From Wickerhamiella versatilis (Eukaryota), in assembly GCA_030867685.1 (NCBI GenBank), contig JAQOWU010000007.1:1302001-1366000 (forward strand): 64,000 bases of DNA. The letters run 5' to 3'. This document shows positions 10,409 through 21,576 of this stretch, piece by piece (within the stretch, counting starts at the first letter, position 1; each line of letters begins with the position of its first letter). The position numbers and the translations under genes are program-made. The notes beneath the pieces were generated by a model, which did not search any database, was not told the origin of the DNA, and worked only from the letters and a program-made list of their open reading frames with translations.

Positions 10409-13400
10409 TCATGTGTCCTTTTTATGCATCTCGACGTAACGAGCTGCCTTAGCCTTGACATAGTCCTCACCTTGTTCATCGCCCTGCTCACTCTCGAATT
10501 GTAACCATTTTTTGAAGAACAGTTTGGCCTGCTTCATTGTAAGCTTGCGCGCTATGACCCGCTCCATTAAGGCTGTCACTCTATCCTTGTTGACATGTTT
10601 GATTTCCTGGTCTATATAAACCTGCCAGATGTCGGCCTTCTTGGGGAAAGCTGCGACGAGTCCTTCAAACAAGGTTCGGCCCCGCTCCGAATCACCCAAA
10701 GAGTACTCGTTGCAGGCCGCCTGGATGATAGCCTGTTTGTGGAGCCGCTCTGGAAGACGCTTCAAAGCAGCATCTAATAGTTGACGGGCCTTGTCAGGCT
10801 GTGAATGGTTGAAATAGAATAGTGTAAGTGTGGTCCATACCGTCAGGTTGTCTGACCCGAATTTCCTGCAGGCTGTTTGAAGCGTAGTTCTAGCCTCAAC
10901 ATCATTGTTGGCCTTGGCCCATACGTCAGCCATCTTAAGGTACATAGTTAGTGAGTCCATCTGTCTCGTGGATTCACCAAAAACATCCGCAACAGTGGCA
11001 GATGTGCCGAAGTTAGCCTCCAGATTTAGCCAAGCCACCCATATATTTAAGCGTTCCTTCTCATCGCTTGCCGCTATAGATTCCAGAGCACGTCTTGCGA
11101 TCGTACGAGCGCCGTCAATTTCACCCAGTTGAAGCATGAAAGCCATATACTGCATCCAAACCACAGAACTACCAGGATTCGCGACTAGGAGTCGTTCGAA
11201 ATCCTTCGAGGATTCTGGGATCCGAGACTGAAGCTCAGCAGTCCTGTCTTTGACGAACTCTGGCTTGTGTCGACGCTTACGACGAGGCTCATCATCCTCT
11301 GAGTCTGACTCTGAATCTGAGGACTGATCTGGTTGGTCAAACGCATCACCCCACCCCGCACTAAGTCCTGCGGCTGGTTTAATTTCTTTAACTGCATCCT
11401 CATCCTCATCCTCATCTTCATCAGACGGGAGCTCTAGCCTGATTGACTCTCCTTCATCTGAAGCATCGCTGCTGTCTCCTGACTCAACGGAGATTTCCAT
11501 AGCATCTTCAAGCTGATCAGATCCATCTCTCTCGTCAAGTTCAGAATCAGATTCATCGCCTTGTTCGGAATCATCACCATCTCCAGAGGCCACTTCCTCT
11601 GCTTCATTTAAGTATGATGCCTTCATTCCAAGTGATACACGGCCCTTATCCTTATCCACAGAAAGGACCTTGACCCTAACAGGCTCACCGACAGTGAATA
11701 TCTTTGACAGGTCATCAATGGGTCGATCTGAAATTTCAGTGCGGTGACAAAGACCCGTAAAACCCTGTGGCAGCGTCACCAGGACGCCAAATGGTTCTAC
11801 CCGACGAACTACCCCACTTTCAAACTGGCCCACAGAGACCTGCTCCACAGGTTTCCGACCTGTTATTACACTCTGTTTCAATGAGAGCTCTATCCGGCCA
11901 TTATCGACGCTTATGACTTTTGCCGTGACCACGTCACCCTCGCTCACGAAACTCCGCCAATCTTTCAAATAGGCATCGCTTAATTGAGATATTTGTACAC
12001 GTCCAACCAGATTTGGACCGAGGGATACGAATACGCCATATTCTGCCACATTAGATACGAAGCCCTTGATAGTTTGACCAGCGCTGACATTCTCAACGGG
12101 AGGATACTTAGGTGGCCAGGGAATTAGCTCGTTGAGCTTGAAAGCATCCTTGAGTGGTTTCTTGGGATCCTCAATAACTTCAGTTCCGTGAACCTTAGCA
12201 TGTTGCCGTCCTGGAAGTCGGACCGACAAGGTAGCTGCGCTGATTCTTGTCACTTCTGCGACTGTCGGAGTATCCATACAAGTAACAATTAATGGGTCCG
12301 TGGATTTTACAGTAACCTCCAGTGCCTCACCCACCTTCACATCCTTTCCAGCCAGATCCACTGGCCAAAGGCGTACCCTTGCCGTTGGGCTAAGGTGGAC
12401 CCAAATACCCTCAGTATTTATGTTGTTCACAAATGCTAGTGCTTTAGCACCAACTTCAAGAATTTGAGGTGCAACGGCAGCAAGCTCATAGACAGCATGG
12501 GCACTATTTCTATGCGATATAGGCAAGAAACGGTGATTTCGAGCATCGTGCATGCCCAATATCTTTACACGTAGATGCTGCCCAGCTTTGAACTGGTTCA
12601 ATGGATGCTGGTGATCTTCAATATCATCCCATTTATTGAATAGTAGAGAAACATCTATGCGGCCCTGATGCTCACCCACCCGCACATTTAGCTGGGTATC
12701 AAGCACCTTGGTAATAATAGCATCAGTCTCAGATGATATCTGAAGTGTGAACCGTTCTTTTTCCAGGCTTATGGAGGCCACCTGAACCGCTAAAGACTGT
12801 CCCACAACATATTCCTCCTTCCCTGACGTGGGCATTAAGCCGACCAATTTCCCCAGAGAAACGAAAACATTCGAGGCAGTCACATTGACCACAAACCCCG
12901 GATATTCTGATCCCAGCTGTAAGTCCGTGATAGCCTGAGGTATAGGGTGCGCCAGCATTGAAGGCTTTGCCGTAGCTTCTGTAACTTTCTTATTCGAGAA
13001 AACCAAAGCTTCAATAGTGTCCCCAGGGTTAAATTTTTTATGTCGCTTGACCGCTTTCTCTGCATCGTCATCAAGATGCAATAAAGGTATGAAACCGGTT
13101 TCCCCGTCAAGATCTACCATTACACCATCATTCTTTTTAGCGACAATTGTCGCCTCCACAAAGCTCCCTGGGGATTGAGAGCCCTTCTGGCCCGGTCTGA
13201 CACTCAAAATGAGTCGATTCTGGTCACGGATAGACTGCACCACATATAGACTGACCGTCTGCCCAAGACGAAATAGCTCTTCAGGTTTTGATGGTGGAGT
13301 CTCACCCATTAAATTGAGGGGTAAAAAGCCTCTAATACCATTGAAGAATTCGCATACAGCTCCTCTAGGCTTGAATTGACCCAGAACACCAACAACCTTA

Positions 13401-14827
13401 GCACCCTCAGCAGGGAAATCCGTAACAGCATCACAATCCATAAGTGATTGCTTCAATGTCAAACGGCACCGCTTCTTCTCAGCATCAACGTCAAGCACAC
13501 GGGCTGCTACACGCTGATCCTTTTTGAAACGTCGCCCAGAGGATGAGTCGCTCGTATGTTGCCCTGGAACTATACCTGAAACCCTTCCCATCGATACAAC
13601 GAGCCCATGTTCTAATATCCGCTCCACAATTCCTGGTACCACGGCCCCTACACGAATTTCCTCATACGCCACATAAGGGGCGTCCAAAACAGTCTGCTGG
13701 AATGATATCTGCAAAAGATTATCAACAGCAGACCAGTTCAGCACCCGGGAGTCATGAGTTGAACCAGGTTTAAAACGTTCGAGACTATCAACATGCTCAT
13801 CGCTAAGCTGAGAGATATGAACGAAACCTTCCGCACCCTTCATCTCTACTATCAGGCCTAAAATGCTCGCAAACTTCACTTTGCTACGAGCTTTTGCACC
13901 ATAGTCCAATGGGGATTTCAGGGGATCCAATTTAACGATGTGAGGAAGGAAGGAGAGCGCAAGAGGTCTTGAAGATCCAACCTCATTTGGGTGACTCCAT
14001 AATATTCTTGAACTTCTGCCCTCAGGCGGGTCCCATCGACGTGAGTGAATAAAATCGGCAGTGGCCTCTATATGTCCAAAAATAGTTAGATGCACACCTG
14101 TCGCAGTTTCATCGACTGGTTGATACGACACAAGAGTTCCAGGAACAAGAGATTCTTGTTGATGAACCGTCAAAAGCTCTGTATGCTCAGTTGTCAGCTG
14201 AGCGATGCGGCCATTAGCATCCTTGATTGCAGCCAAAAAAATCTGGTCATCTATGAGCTTTTCGGGAATAAATCCACGTCGATTGGCTCCTAGATCAAGG
14301 ACACAACCACGGTCTTCAACACTAGTAACTTTTGCTTGAATTGTCATGCCAGGCAACCAGTCATCTTCATCAATTGTCTGATTTACCAACTCGGGGTCAA
14401 CTGAAAGCTCCAATCTACGCTGAGGAGCTTCTCCCAGACCAACAACTATTGTCCGCAAATATTGACCGCTCTGCACCGTACTTCCGTCGTCAAGTGTAGC
14501 ATATCCAATTAGATTGTTAGGCAACGAAATAGTAACGGATTCAGCTTCAATATTGGTTACTTGACCAAGTATAAGAGTACCAATACGTAGTGTAGCAAAA
14601 CTTAAGGGCTCAATTTTGGCTTCACGTTGCTGCTTCTCAGGTTTGGCATCGCGCTTCCGTCGTTTCGGTCGATTGGATTTTCTCGTTTCGTCGTAAACGT
14701 CCCGCGTGGCTTCAAGGCGGGCTCTTTTGATATCTAGGGGATTTGTTTCTCCACCACCTCCTCTGGGAAATGGGGTATCGCCATCACCGACAAGCAAGCT
14801 GTCAGTGCTTTTTTTTCCTGAAGCCAT
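10409..14827 (-). CDS. RRP5: rRNA biogenesis protein Rrp5 (S1 repeats + C-terminal HAT/TPR)
   Basis: FPRGGG N-terminus, multiple S1 domains, acidic linker, DFERLLVANPGSSVVWMQYMAF HAT region. Confidence 0.96.
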   Translation of the reverse strand: MASGKKSTDSLLVGDGDTPFPRGGGGETNPLDIKRARLEATRDVYDETRKSNRPKRRKRDAKPEKQQREAKIEPLSFATLRIGTLILGQVTNIEAESVTISLPNNLIGYATLDDGSTVQSGQYLRTIVVGLGEAPQRRLELSVDPELVNQTIDEDDWLPGMTIQAKVTSVEDRGCVLDLGANRRGFIPEKLIDDQIFLAAIKDANGRIAQLTTEHTELLTVHQQESLVPGTLVSYQPVDETATGVHLTIFGHIEATADFIHSRRWDPPEGRSSRILWSHPNEVGSSRPLALSFLPHIVKLDPLKSPLDYGAKARSKVKFASILGLIVEMKGAEGFVHISQLSDEHVDSLERFKPGSTHDSRVLNWSAVDNLLQISFQQTVLDAPYVAYEEIRVGAVVPGIVERILEHGLVVSMGRVSGIVPGQHTSDSSSGRRFKKDQRVAARVLDVDAEKKRCRLTLKQSLMDCDAVTDFPAEGAKVVGVLGQFKPRGAVCEFFNGIRGFLPLNLMGETPPSKPEELFRLGQTVSLYVVQSIRDQNRLILSVRPGQKGSQSPGSFVEATIVAKKNDGVMVDLDGETGFIPLLHLDDDAEKAVKRHKKFNPGDTIEALVFSNKKVTEATAKPSMLAHPIPQAITDLQLGSEYPGFVVNVTASNVFVSLGKLVGLMPTSGKEEYVVGQSLAVQVASISLEKERFTLQISSETDAIITKVLDTQLNVRVGEHQGRIDVSLLFNKWDDIEDHQHPLNQFKAGQHLRVKILGMHDARNHRFLPISHRNSAHAVYELAAVAPQILEVGAKALAFVNNINTEGIWVHLSPTARVRLWPVDLAGKDVKVGEALEVTVKSTDPLIVTCMDTPTVAEVTRISAATLSVRLPGRQHAKVHGTEVIEDPKKPLKDAFKLNELIPWPPKYPPVENVSAGQTIKGFVSNVAEYGVFVSLGPNLVGRVQISQLSDAYLKDWRSFVSEGDVVTAKVISVDNGRIELSLKQSVITGRKPVEQVSVGQFESGVVRRVEPFGVLVTLPQGFTGLCHRTEISDRPIDDLSKIFTVGEPVRVKVLSVDKDKGRVSLGMKASYLNEAEEVASGDGDDSEQGDESDSELDERDGSDQLEDAMEISVESGDSSDASDEGESIRLELPSDEDEDEDEDAVKEIKPAAGLSAGWGDAFDQPDQSSDSESDSEDDEPRRKRRHKPEFVKDRTAELQSRIPESSKDFERLLVANPGSSVVWMQYMAFMLQLGEIDGARTIARRALESIAASDEKERLNIWVAWLNLEANFGTSATVADVFGESTRQMDSLTMYLKMADVWAKANNDVEARTTLQTACRKFGSDNLTVWTTLTLFYFNHSQPDKARQLLDAALKRLPERLHKQAIIQAACNEYSLGDSERGRTLFEGLVAAFPKKADIWQVYIDQEIKHVNKDRVTALMERVIARKLTMKQAKLFFKKWLQFESEQGDEQGEDYVKAKAARYVEMHKKDT

Positions 14828-14834
14828 GCTTACG

Positions 14835-14852
14835 AAATTTTTTTGATGGGCC
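14835..14852. promoter_or_regulatory. RRPE-like A/T tract plus GATGGGCC motif immediately upstream of RRP5
   Basis: AAATTTTTTTGATGGGCC 8-25 bp upstream of a ribosome-biogenesis gene. Confidence 0.4.
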
Positions 14853-15373
14853 TATTTAATCTTTTTAAGGGAAAACAGACGATCAGTGTAACAGTATAAC
14901 GGTCTAATACCCAATTCTAGTGTGTTTCTAATTTATTTAAACTTGTCCGAGAAAAATATTGTCGTCAATGATCTTCTTAAGACGCATTTTAAGACACACT
15001 GTATTCCACTTTAGTATTTGCCATAAATCTAGCAGGCTGGTAATTGTACAAATGTATTCGAACTATGAGCTGTTATTTAGCACGAATGATGGTCATTAAT
15101 TCCTTGAAATATTCATGGGAGAACGCACACAAATCTGCCTACGAAGAAAGAGAACACCGTTGTCTATGAAAATCATATCCAAACAAAGAGCTAGTACTAC
15201 TGAGTACTAGCGAAAATAATAGCCAGCCTCTAGTATTCGGCCAAACTGGTGTACAAAGCCGCAATGATATATTTTCAATAAATTATCGGGGGAGCAGGTT
15301 AACTCGCACTGCTAACAAGAGTAACTATACTCACAGCCCCTAAAATTTTTTTATAACTGAGTGGAGTATCAAC

Positions 15374-15589
15374 TCAGTCACCACGTTTTTCCAGTGGGTT
15401 GTACAGCAGGAATTTCTCAATAAGATCAACGTGCGTCAAAATCATCCGTCGGCAACAGTACCGCTTGAGCTTCAGCATGTCAAGAGCATCACCCTCGCTC
15501 ACGTTCTCATCCTGCAAGTATTCCAAATACTTTTCCCACTTATCACCCACGACTTTGCCGCATGAGAAGCAGCGAACTGGAATGATCAT
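15374..15589 (-). CDS. RPB10: RNA polymerase shared subunit Rpb10
   Basis: [18 protein letters not shown]...[17 protein letters not shown]. Confidence 0.98.
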   Translation of the reverse strand: MIIPVRCFSCGKVVGDKWEKYLEYLQDENVSEGDALDMLKLKRYCCRRMILTHVDLIEKFLLYNPLEKRGD

Positions 15590-15625
15590 TCGTCCTGTCT
15601 GACTAAGAGAACAACGCCATCACTT

Positions 15626-16480
15626 ATGTTCAGGTTCGCTCTACCGAGATTGAATCTGAAGTTTGGCTTTAGCTCTATTCGAAGATACGCGACGCACCAT
15701 GAACTTCGTGATCCTCCGAGATTTCGTCGTTCTGGTAATTCCGGCTTTTGGAATAAATGGAAAGTACCAATTTTGTTTGCTGGAGGAGTTGTAGCTTTTG
15801 ATTACTTTGTGTTGCCTCAGTGTTTTCGAATCCCCTTTGTTGGACCCCAATTGCGACGGACACCAGAGCTTGTTGTTTATGGCATCATAGGTCTCAATGT
15901 TCTAGGATTTCTGGCGTGGAGAGCACCTTTCAGCGCCAGAGTATTTAGTCGATATGGATTGTTGCAAAAGGATCCGAGGTTTTTCAACGTCTGGCAGATG
16001 ATTGGCTCTGCGTTCAGCCATCAGGAATTTTGGCATCTTGGTGTTAACATGTTTGTCCTGTATCAATTTGGTGTACCGGTGGCAAGGATGATGGGTGCCG
16101 CTGGATTCACCGAGTCTTATCTAGATGCATGCGTGCTCAGCTCTCTTGGAAGTATGCTTTTCCCGGCTTTGTTAGGACAAGCTGGATGGGGTGCAAGTTT
16201 GGGTGCTTCAGGTGCAGTTTTCTCTGTGCTAGGCACCTTCTCCTGGTTGGTTCCTAGTGCAAGGCTTGCTTTATGGTTCATTCCATTGCCAATTGGTGCA
16301 TGGTGGGTGTTTCTTTTGACACTTGGTTATAATGGTCTCGCCATGATCGGAAAAACTAGTAGGTTAGGAGGCCTCGACTATGCAGGTCACGTAGCCGGAT
16401 CCCTGGTCGGTATTGCGTATGGTTATGTTGTACAGGAGCGCGCACGAAGACGACGTCGTCAATTCAGTAGAACCTGGTAA
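15626..16480 (+). CDS. PCP1: Mitochondrial rhomboid protease (Pcp1/PARL-like)
   Basis: Arg-rich presequence, SAFSHQEFWHLGVNM, catalytic GASG and DYAGHVAG. Confidence 0.92.
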   Translation: MFRFALPRLNLKFGFSSIRRYATHHELRDPPRFRRSGNSGFWNKWKVPILFAGGVVAFDYFVLPQCFRIPFVGPQLRRTPELVVYGIIGLNVLGFLAWRAPFSARVFSRYGLLQKDPRFFNVWQMIGSAFSHQEFWHLGVNMFVLYQFGVPVARMMGAAGFTESYLDACVLSSLGSMLFPALLGQAGWGASLGASGAVFSVLGTFSWLVPSARLALWFIPLPIGAWWVFLLTLGYNGLAMIGKTSRLGGLDYAGHVAGSLVGIAYGYVVQERARRRRRQFSRTW

Positions 16481-16697
16481 AAGCTTCAGAATTAGATTCT
16501 GCTGCACATATTCATTGATGATTCCATGGGGGTAGGGGATCAGTCCCCGGTGGTTCAATATAGAATACTCCCTTAAAACAACCCACCTTATTAGCTGTAC
16601 AAAGTTAGCTTAAAATTGCTGCATGATATATATACATGATAAAAATGCATAGTCGTTTAGACTACTTATGGCAATAAATATGTTCCGGTCAACTACA

Positions 16698-17156
16698 TCA
16701 ATTTGGTGATTCATCATGGAGGCCTTCTTTCACGACGTAAAAATCACCTTGACTTTCCTTGGCAATACTTGTTGGCTTCCAATGCTCGAAATTATGAGCT
16801 GATACTTGTTCATCTGCCGCTGCCGTCAAATTTATAGGTGCATTGAGTACTGGCACAAGGCGAGAAAGGGGCTCAACTCCAGTGGTATCAATCAAAGAAA
16901 GGATCTCTACAAACCGCAGTTGAGATCTCAAATCATCCAAGACATGAGGATGTGAGCGTAATTCAGTCCCATCCAATGCAGCGAGACGGGACAATTTCAT
17001 CACAGTGTCCCAGGTGGGCGGGTTGCGGAGAGGAGCAGAGAAGTCAACAAGATCATGAGCCTTCCAAGTTGCATTTTCAAGTATTCCTGGAATCTTGTCT
17101 CGACTTATGCGTTTCCCCTTGTGGATTAACGGCCTTGTGAACCTGATCCCCCCCAT
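16698..17156 (-). CDS. Mitochondrial Glu-tRNA(Gln) amidotransferase subunit F/C-like
   Basis: KLSRLAAL...LRSQLRFVEILSLIDTTGVEPL and C-terminal SQGDFYVVK resemble GatC/GatF; start uncertain (ATG 17156). Confidence 0.65.
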   Translation of the reverse strand: MGGIRFTRPLIHKGKRISRDKIPGILENATWKAHDLVDFSAPLRNPPTWDTVMKLSRLAALDGTELRSHPHVLDDLRSQLRFVEILSLIDTTGVEPLSRLVPVLNAPINLTAAADEQVSAHNFEHWKPTSIAKESQGDFYVVKEGLHDESPN

Positions 17157-17370
17157 ATGACTGTAAAAATCCAAGCGATTATGTAATTTTACAGTCCTAG
17201 AAATCCCTCAGTTGATAACTAGAAACCCCTGAAAAATAACTTTTATTTTCGTTGATTGCCCATCTACGAATACAATGCTCTATTTATGCAATGTGGTGAT
17301 GTATTGGCGTTTCATTTATGTAAGTTCTCCAAGTCGTATAATATCCTTACACCTAACTCTGCTCTGACTC

Positions 17371-18528
17371 ATGGCCAAGACGCTAGTCGTCAAGCTGGGC
17401 ACCTCAAGCCTTTTTGATGAAAATACATTAGAGCACAGGCTATCTAATATGGCCCAAATTGTTGAGATGGTGGTGGATCTAAGGAAGCGGGGTTATAATG
17501 TCTGTCTTGTGAGCTCAGGTGGTATCGCTGCAGGCTTAAAGCTTAAAGGATGGAGTCAACGTCCAAAAAAGACTTCACAGGTCCAGGCGCTAGCTGCTTT
17601 AGGGCAGGCATCATTAATGAGGCTTTGGGATGAGCTTTTTCAAAGGTTTGGTATTAGAGTTGGTCAGGTTCTGTTGACGCGGAACGACATCTCTGACAGG
17701 CTTCAATACAAAAATGCTTGCAACACACTCGAAGCTCTTTTAGAAATTGGGGCTATACCTATCGTAAATGAGAATGATACACTGACTGCACAGGAGATAA
17801 GGTTCGGAGATAATGATACTCTGAGTTCAATTGTGGCACATATGCTCGGCGCATCTTCCTTGTTTATTCTAACCGATGTAGACGCACTCTACACGTCTAA
17901 TCCACGGGTGGACCCATCTGCAAAGCCTATACGCGTTGTAAAAGACTTAAACGATATTCAAGCTGACACAACAAGCTCGCCTGGATCTGGTGTAGGTACT
18001 GGTGGAATGGTTACGAAGCTTATAGCGGCAAACCTAGCAACTTCTGCTGGAATTGGGGTCTATGTTTGCCGGTCCTTTTGGGCTAAAAATGTTTCACACA
18101 TACTGAAAGACGTTGAGGATGGAATATCTCCCGAAAAGTCGCATTGGACATACACTTACTTCGTACCGCACGAAAAGGCTATCAAAGATCGGGCTTTCTG
18201 GCTGCTTCATGGGTTACATCCTTCCGGAGTCATTACCATCGATAGCGGTGCATACAAAGCAGTCACGAGGCGAGATCGTGCCGGATTACTACCTGTTGGT
18301 GTGCAGGAAGTTAAAGGAAACTTCCACGAGTCTGAATGTGTTGAAATATGGTGCTCTCAACAGTTGGTAGGCCGCTGTCTTGTAAATTATTCGTCAATTG
18401 AACTTCAAAGAATCAAAGGCCATCGGTCAACAGAGGTAGAGCAAATATTAGGCTACGCAGATTCGGAGTATGTCGCATATCGCGACAACCTTGCATTTTT
18501 CGAGCATCCTGAACTTACGAAGCACTAA
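17371..18528 (+). CDS. PRO1: Glutamate 5-kinase with PUA domain
   Basis: VVKLGTSS, IPIVNENDT, FGDNDTLS, GTGGMVTKL, C-terminal PUA GLLPVGV. Confidence 0.97.
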   Translation: MAKTLVVKLGTSSLFDENTLEHRLSNMAQIVEMVVDLRKRGYNVCLVSSGGIAAGLKLKGWSQRPKKTSQVQALAALGQASLMRLWDELFQRFGIRVGQVLLTRNDISDRLQYKNACNTLEALLEIGAIPIVNENDTLTAQEIRFGDNDTLSSIVAHMLGASSLFILTDVDALYTSNPRVDPSAKPIRVVKDLNDIQADTTSSPGSGVGTGGMVTKLIAANLATSAGIGVYVCRSFWAKNVSHILKDVEDGISPEKSHWTYTYFVPHEKAIKDRAFWLLHGLHPSGVITIDSGAYKAVTRRDRAGLLPVGVQEVKGNFHESECVEIWCSQQLVGRCLVNYSSIELQRIKGHRSTEVEQILGYADSEYVAYRDNLAFFEHPELTKH

Positions 18529-18532
18529 TTGC

Positions 18533-19321
18533 TCATTTCCATAGGTATAAATAAAAGGTTTCTTCAGTTGAAACCCAATATGCTTCTTCCCTTGACGGAA
18601 TAAAAGATAATCTTGTTTCACCACCATCCCATGTTATATTATGATGCTGGCGGCATATCCAGTTCGGTCTATATGATAACTCAAGTACATAGGCAGGATC
18701 CTCCTTGCTGTGGTAACTCGATCTGAACGGGTGTAAGTAAAAAGATCGTTCTGCACTCAGTTCCTCTACTACAGGACCCTTGTTGGGTTTTTCTGACCCT
18801 TGAGTACTGCCTGGCTCAACTCTCTCTGTAAGTGTTTTGTTATCTGCCGGAGCTGTGGCTTGAGATAGAACTTCCTCCAAGGGCTTCGGATGATTGGCAC
18901 TAAAATCGTTATCAGGTATTTCTGTTCGGCTGAGCTCTCCTTTAGCCTTCATACGAGGAAGCTTGTAGTTTCTGTCCAACATTGTTCCTGATGCATCCTC
19001 CACAAGCTCAAGGCATGTCTCTATTGTGAGATCCTTTACAAGTGACTCTGAAATACCCAAAAGTACCACCTCGGGATTCATGCAGCAATCCCAAACGTAA
19101 CACGGTGCACCACTTTTATCCATATCATTCCGTGGAGGATTAGATACTACGATTGGCACGGTCCAATCGCTGCCTTGTTGTATTAACCTCGCGATGGCTG
19201 AAGAATCAACAACTTCAGGAGTAGGTACCTGAGAATCTGTGCATACATTTATAAATACTTTAACACCCGTGGAAAGCTCCTTGGTTTTAATCGCGTATCC
19301 CGGCGTTGGGTCGAGTTTCAT
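18533..19321 (-). CDS. PIH1: PIH1 family R2TP co-chaperone
   Basis: PTPGYAIKT...KVFINVC...DKSGAPCYVWDCCMNP...YKLPRMKAKG PIH1 N-terminal domain. Confidence 0.88.
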   Translation of the reverse strand: MKLDPTPGYAIKTKELSTGVKVFINVCTDSQVPTPEVVDSSAIARLIQQGSDWTVPIVVSNPPRNDMDKSGAPCYVWDCCMNPEVVLLGISESLVKDLTIETCLELVEDASGTMLDRNYKLPRMKAKGELSRTEIPDNDFSANHPKPLEEVLSQATAPADNKTLTERVEPGSTQGSEKPNKGPVVEELSAERSFYLHPFRSSYHSKEDPAYVLELSYRPNWICRQHHNITWDGGETRLSFIPSREEAYWVSTEETFYLYLWK

Positions 19322-19489
19322 GTGCTCCGGGTTCTGGTATTTGTCATGATTTTTCTAAAGTGGCGCATAGTGATTATATCTATTTTATGGATGTTCATTG
19401 CTTTAATACTCAAAAAAATTTGGGATATAGTTTTTTTATCTCCAGACTTCGAGCCTAAAATGCCAGCGCGCATGTTTAGATTACACAAT

Positions 19490-21313
19490 TTACCCGATCC
19501 ACGACCTCACGGTCATGAATGAAGTGTAACTCATCATTACAATCCCGAAAATAACGAGAATCAAGTCGAGGAACCAGGCAAAACTCAATCTTGTGACACA
19601 TCTCATATGAAGCCAAGGTGGGTAAACATATACCAATGGCACGCAAGCAAATGAGCCGACAAGTGCAACGAACTTATCAAGATCATCTGCACCAATATAC
19701 GCCACTATACCCGTGCAAAATACAACTCCGAACCTGAACAAGTTCTTCTCCCACTTTACTTTTCGATTGAACTTTCCTGAGCGTGAGAAGAGACTTTGTT
19801 CTAATATACGAATCGCTGGGAAAAGTTGTAACGGGGTGGATAGCAAAATGGCGAGTGAATAAAGAAGTTGGATCAAGGAGACAGCTGCGGAATGCGGCAG
19901 GTTAAGAAGAATTACAGTCTGCACCTTAGACCCAGTGGCAGCATAGAGTAGTACACCTACACTTACCATGATCACAGTGATTATTATCATGACTGCACCA
20001 AGAAGGGAATCAAACTTCTCGGGGTGCTTCATTGACTCCTGAATAGGAATTATAAGGCAAATACCCTCATAAGCGAATACTGCAGTTCCAATGAAAAGCG
20101 TCCAGTCTTTAGAATTAAATAGAACAACGTCTTCAATGCCCTTTGTAATTAGGTGTATGCCTGACCAGCCATAAAGGTAACATAGACCAGTCAAAATAAA
20201 AGCATCCGCAATAAGTGCAGTGGACCCAAGCTTTCCGATATCACGTACCATGCTGAGGGGTAGAAAGACGATAAGTTGCAGAATTATCAAGCTTGAGATA
20301 GTCCATAACTCTCCATTCTTGACATTTGTGATAAAACTTTGTAGGTTTTCCGATACGAAAACAACATATGCCGATGCAAATCCAATTTGAGAGACCACAA
20401 TACTAGTCAGGATAAGTTTACGTACCTTGGGCCCATAAAGAGCTCCGCCAATATCACCAAATGAAGAGACTTTGGTATGATCCTTTGTCGAAATAAGTAG
20501 CAAGAAGCACCAGTAGCTTATAAAACTCACAACAATTAGAACGACCGAGCAAAACAATAAACCACCATTCGAAAATGCCTTGGGCAAGAATAAAACACCA
20601 GTGCCAACGAAAGATTTCAATAGCAGCATAACGGTTTCCAGTGTGCTAGTTCGTCCTGCTCTCTGGCCGTGCTGAGGTCTAAGAGGTGTCCGTTCATCTC
20701 CTTCGTCCTCTTCTTCTTCAAGCTCCTCACCAGCAAAATGCCCGTACAGAGACAAGAACTCAAGGAAGTTATTAGTGTAAGATACTGTGGGTGGATTTGT
20801 CTCATCGACAGCCGAGATAGGATCTTGTTGGTTCAAAACATATTCTCTGCGCATGCCACCCGGCACAAGAATTTGCCGAGCTTCTAAGGGCTCACCAGAT
20901 GGACGAGTAAATGTAGGCCTTCTGGAAACATCAAAACTACGTGAGCGTCCTCTTTTGATATCAGCCTCATCACCTTCATGCTCACGTTGCCAATTCACTA
21001 TCTCTCTAGTAATATCGCCACCCGGCATTCGTAACGACGACTCACCATCACCATCAAGGGCATCCTCATGTTCACTTGCAGGAACATATCTTCCAATATC
21101 GCGTACGACATCTGGATGTGGGTTTTCAATATCTACCAAAGATGGACGGCTGCTGACACTTCCCGCCGCACTACCTGGGCCACTTCCCGGTAGACTTGAG
21201 CTAGGACCAGCGGTCTGTCTAGCTATATTTGCAATCGGTAAAGCACGTGAGCTCTTGTGAGAACTCCGACGGCTTGAGCGACGACGGTTCATCGGGCTCC
21301 TTGGCTCAGGCAT
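19490..21313 (-). CDS. Vacuolar amino acid transporter (Avt3/Avt4 family)
   Basis: GGDITR, PGGMRR, NFLEFLSLYGHFAGE, LLKSFVGTGVLFLPKAF, multiple TM helices; first in-frame ATG at 21313. Confidence 0.92.
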   Translation of the reverse strand: MPEPRSPMNRRRSSRRSSHKSSRALPIANIARQTAGPSSSLPGSGPGSAAGSVSSRPSLVDIENPHPDVVRDIGRYVPASEHEDALDGDGESSLRMPGGDITREIVNWQREHEGDEADIKRGRSRSFDVSRRPTFTRPSGEPLEARQILVPGGMRREYVLNQQDPISAVDETNPPTVSYTNNFLEFLSLYGHFAGEELEEEEDEGDERTPLRPQHGQRAGRTSTLETVMLLLKSFVGTGVLFLPKAFSNGGLLFCSVVLIVVSFISYWCFLLLISTKDHTKVSSFGDIGGALYGPKVRKLILTSIVVSQIGFASAYVVFVSENLQSFITNVKNGELWTISSLIILQLIVFLPLSMVRDIGKLGSTALIADAFILTGLCYLYGWSGIHLITKGIEDVVLFNSKDWTLFIGTAVFAYEGICLIIPIQESMKHPEKFDSLLGAVMIIITVIMVSVGVLLYAATGSKVQTVILLNLPHSAAVSLIQLLYSLAILLSTPLQLFPAIRILEQSLFSRSGKFNRKVKWEKNLFRFGVVFCTGIVAYIGADDLDKFVALVGSFACVPLVYVYPPWLHMRCVTRLSFAWFLDLILVIFGIVMMSYTSFMTVRSWIG

Positions 21314-21576
21314 ATTGATGACTACACAACCTGACAATCGCGTGATAAGTTCCAACCTTATTGGGTTGGAACCGGTAATGAGCCGAAGAAAAAAAAATGA
21401 TTGTCTTAATTAATCTAAAAACGCTTCCTCAAGACTTATAAGAGATATTTATATAAAGTTTGGCTAAAAGAATCGTTACTTTTAGAACAGAAGTCTACAT
21501 AAACTCGTGAATGATGGTAGCTCTCTTTAATTCTTGCCGTAGCTTCTAAATAGCTATGATATTTAGACGTAAAGTC

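Noticed and set aside
16516-16612. GGGGATCAGTCCCC hairpin, with AGTCCCCGG and ACAAAGTTAGCTTA resembling RNase MRP/P conserved regions
   Set aside because: The elements are only about 60 nt apart and cannot form the P4 pairing; no tRNA cloverleaf either
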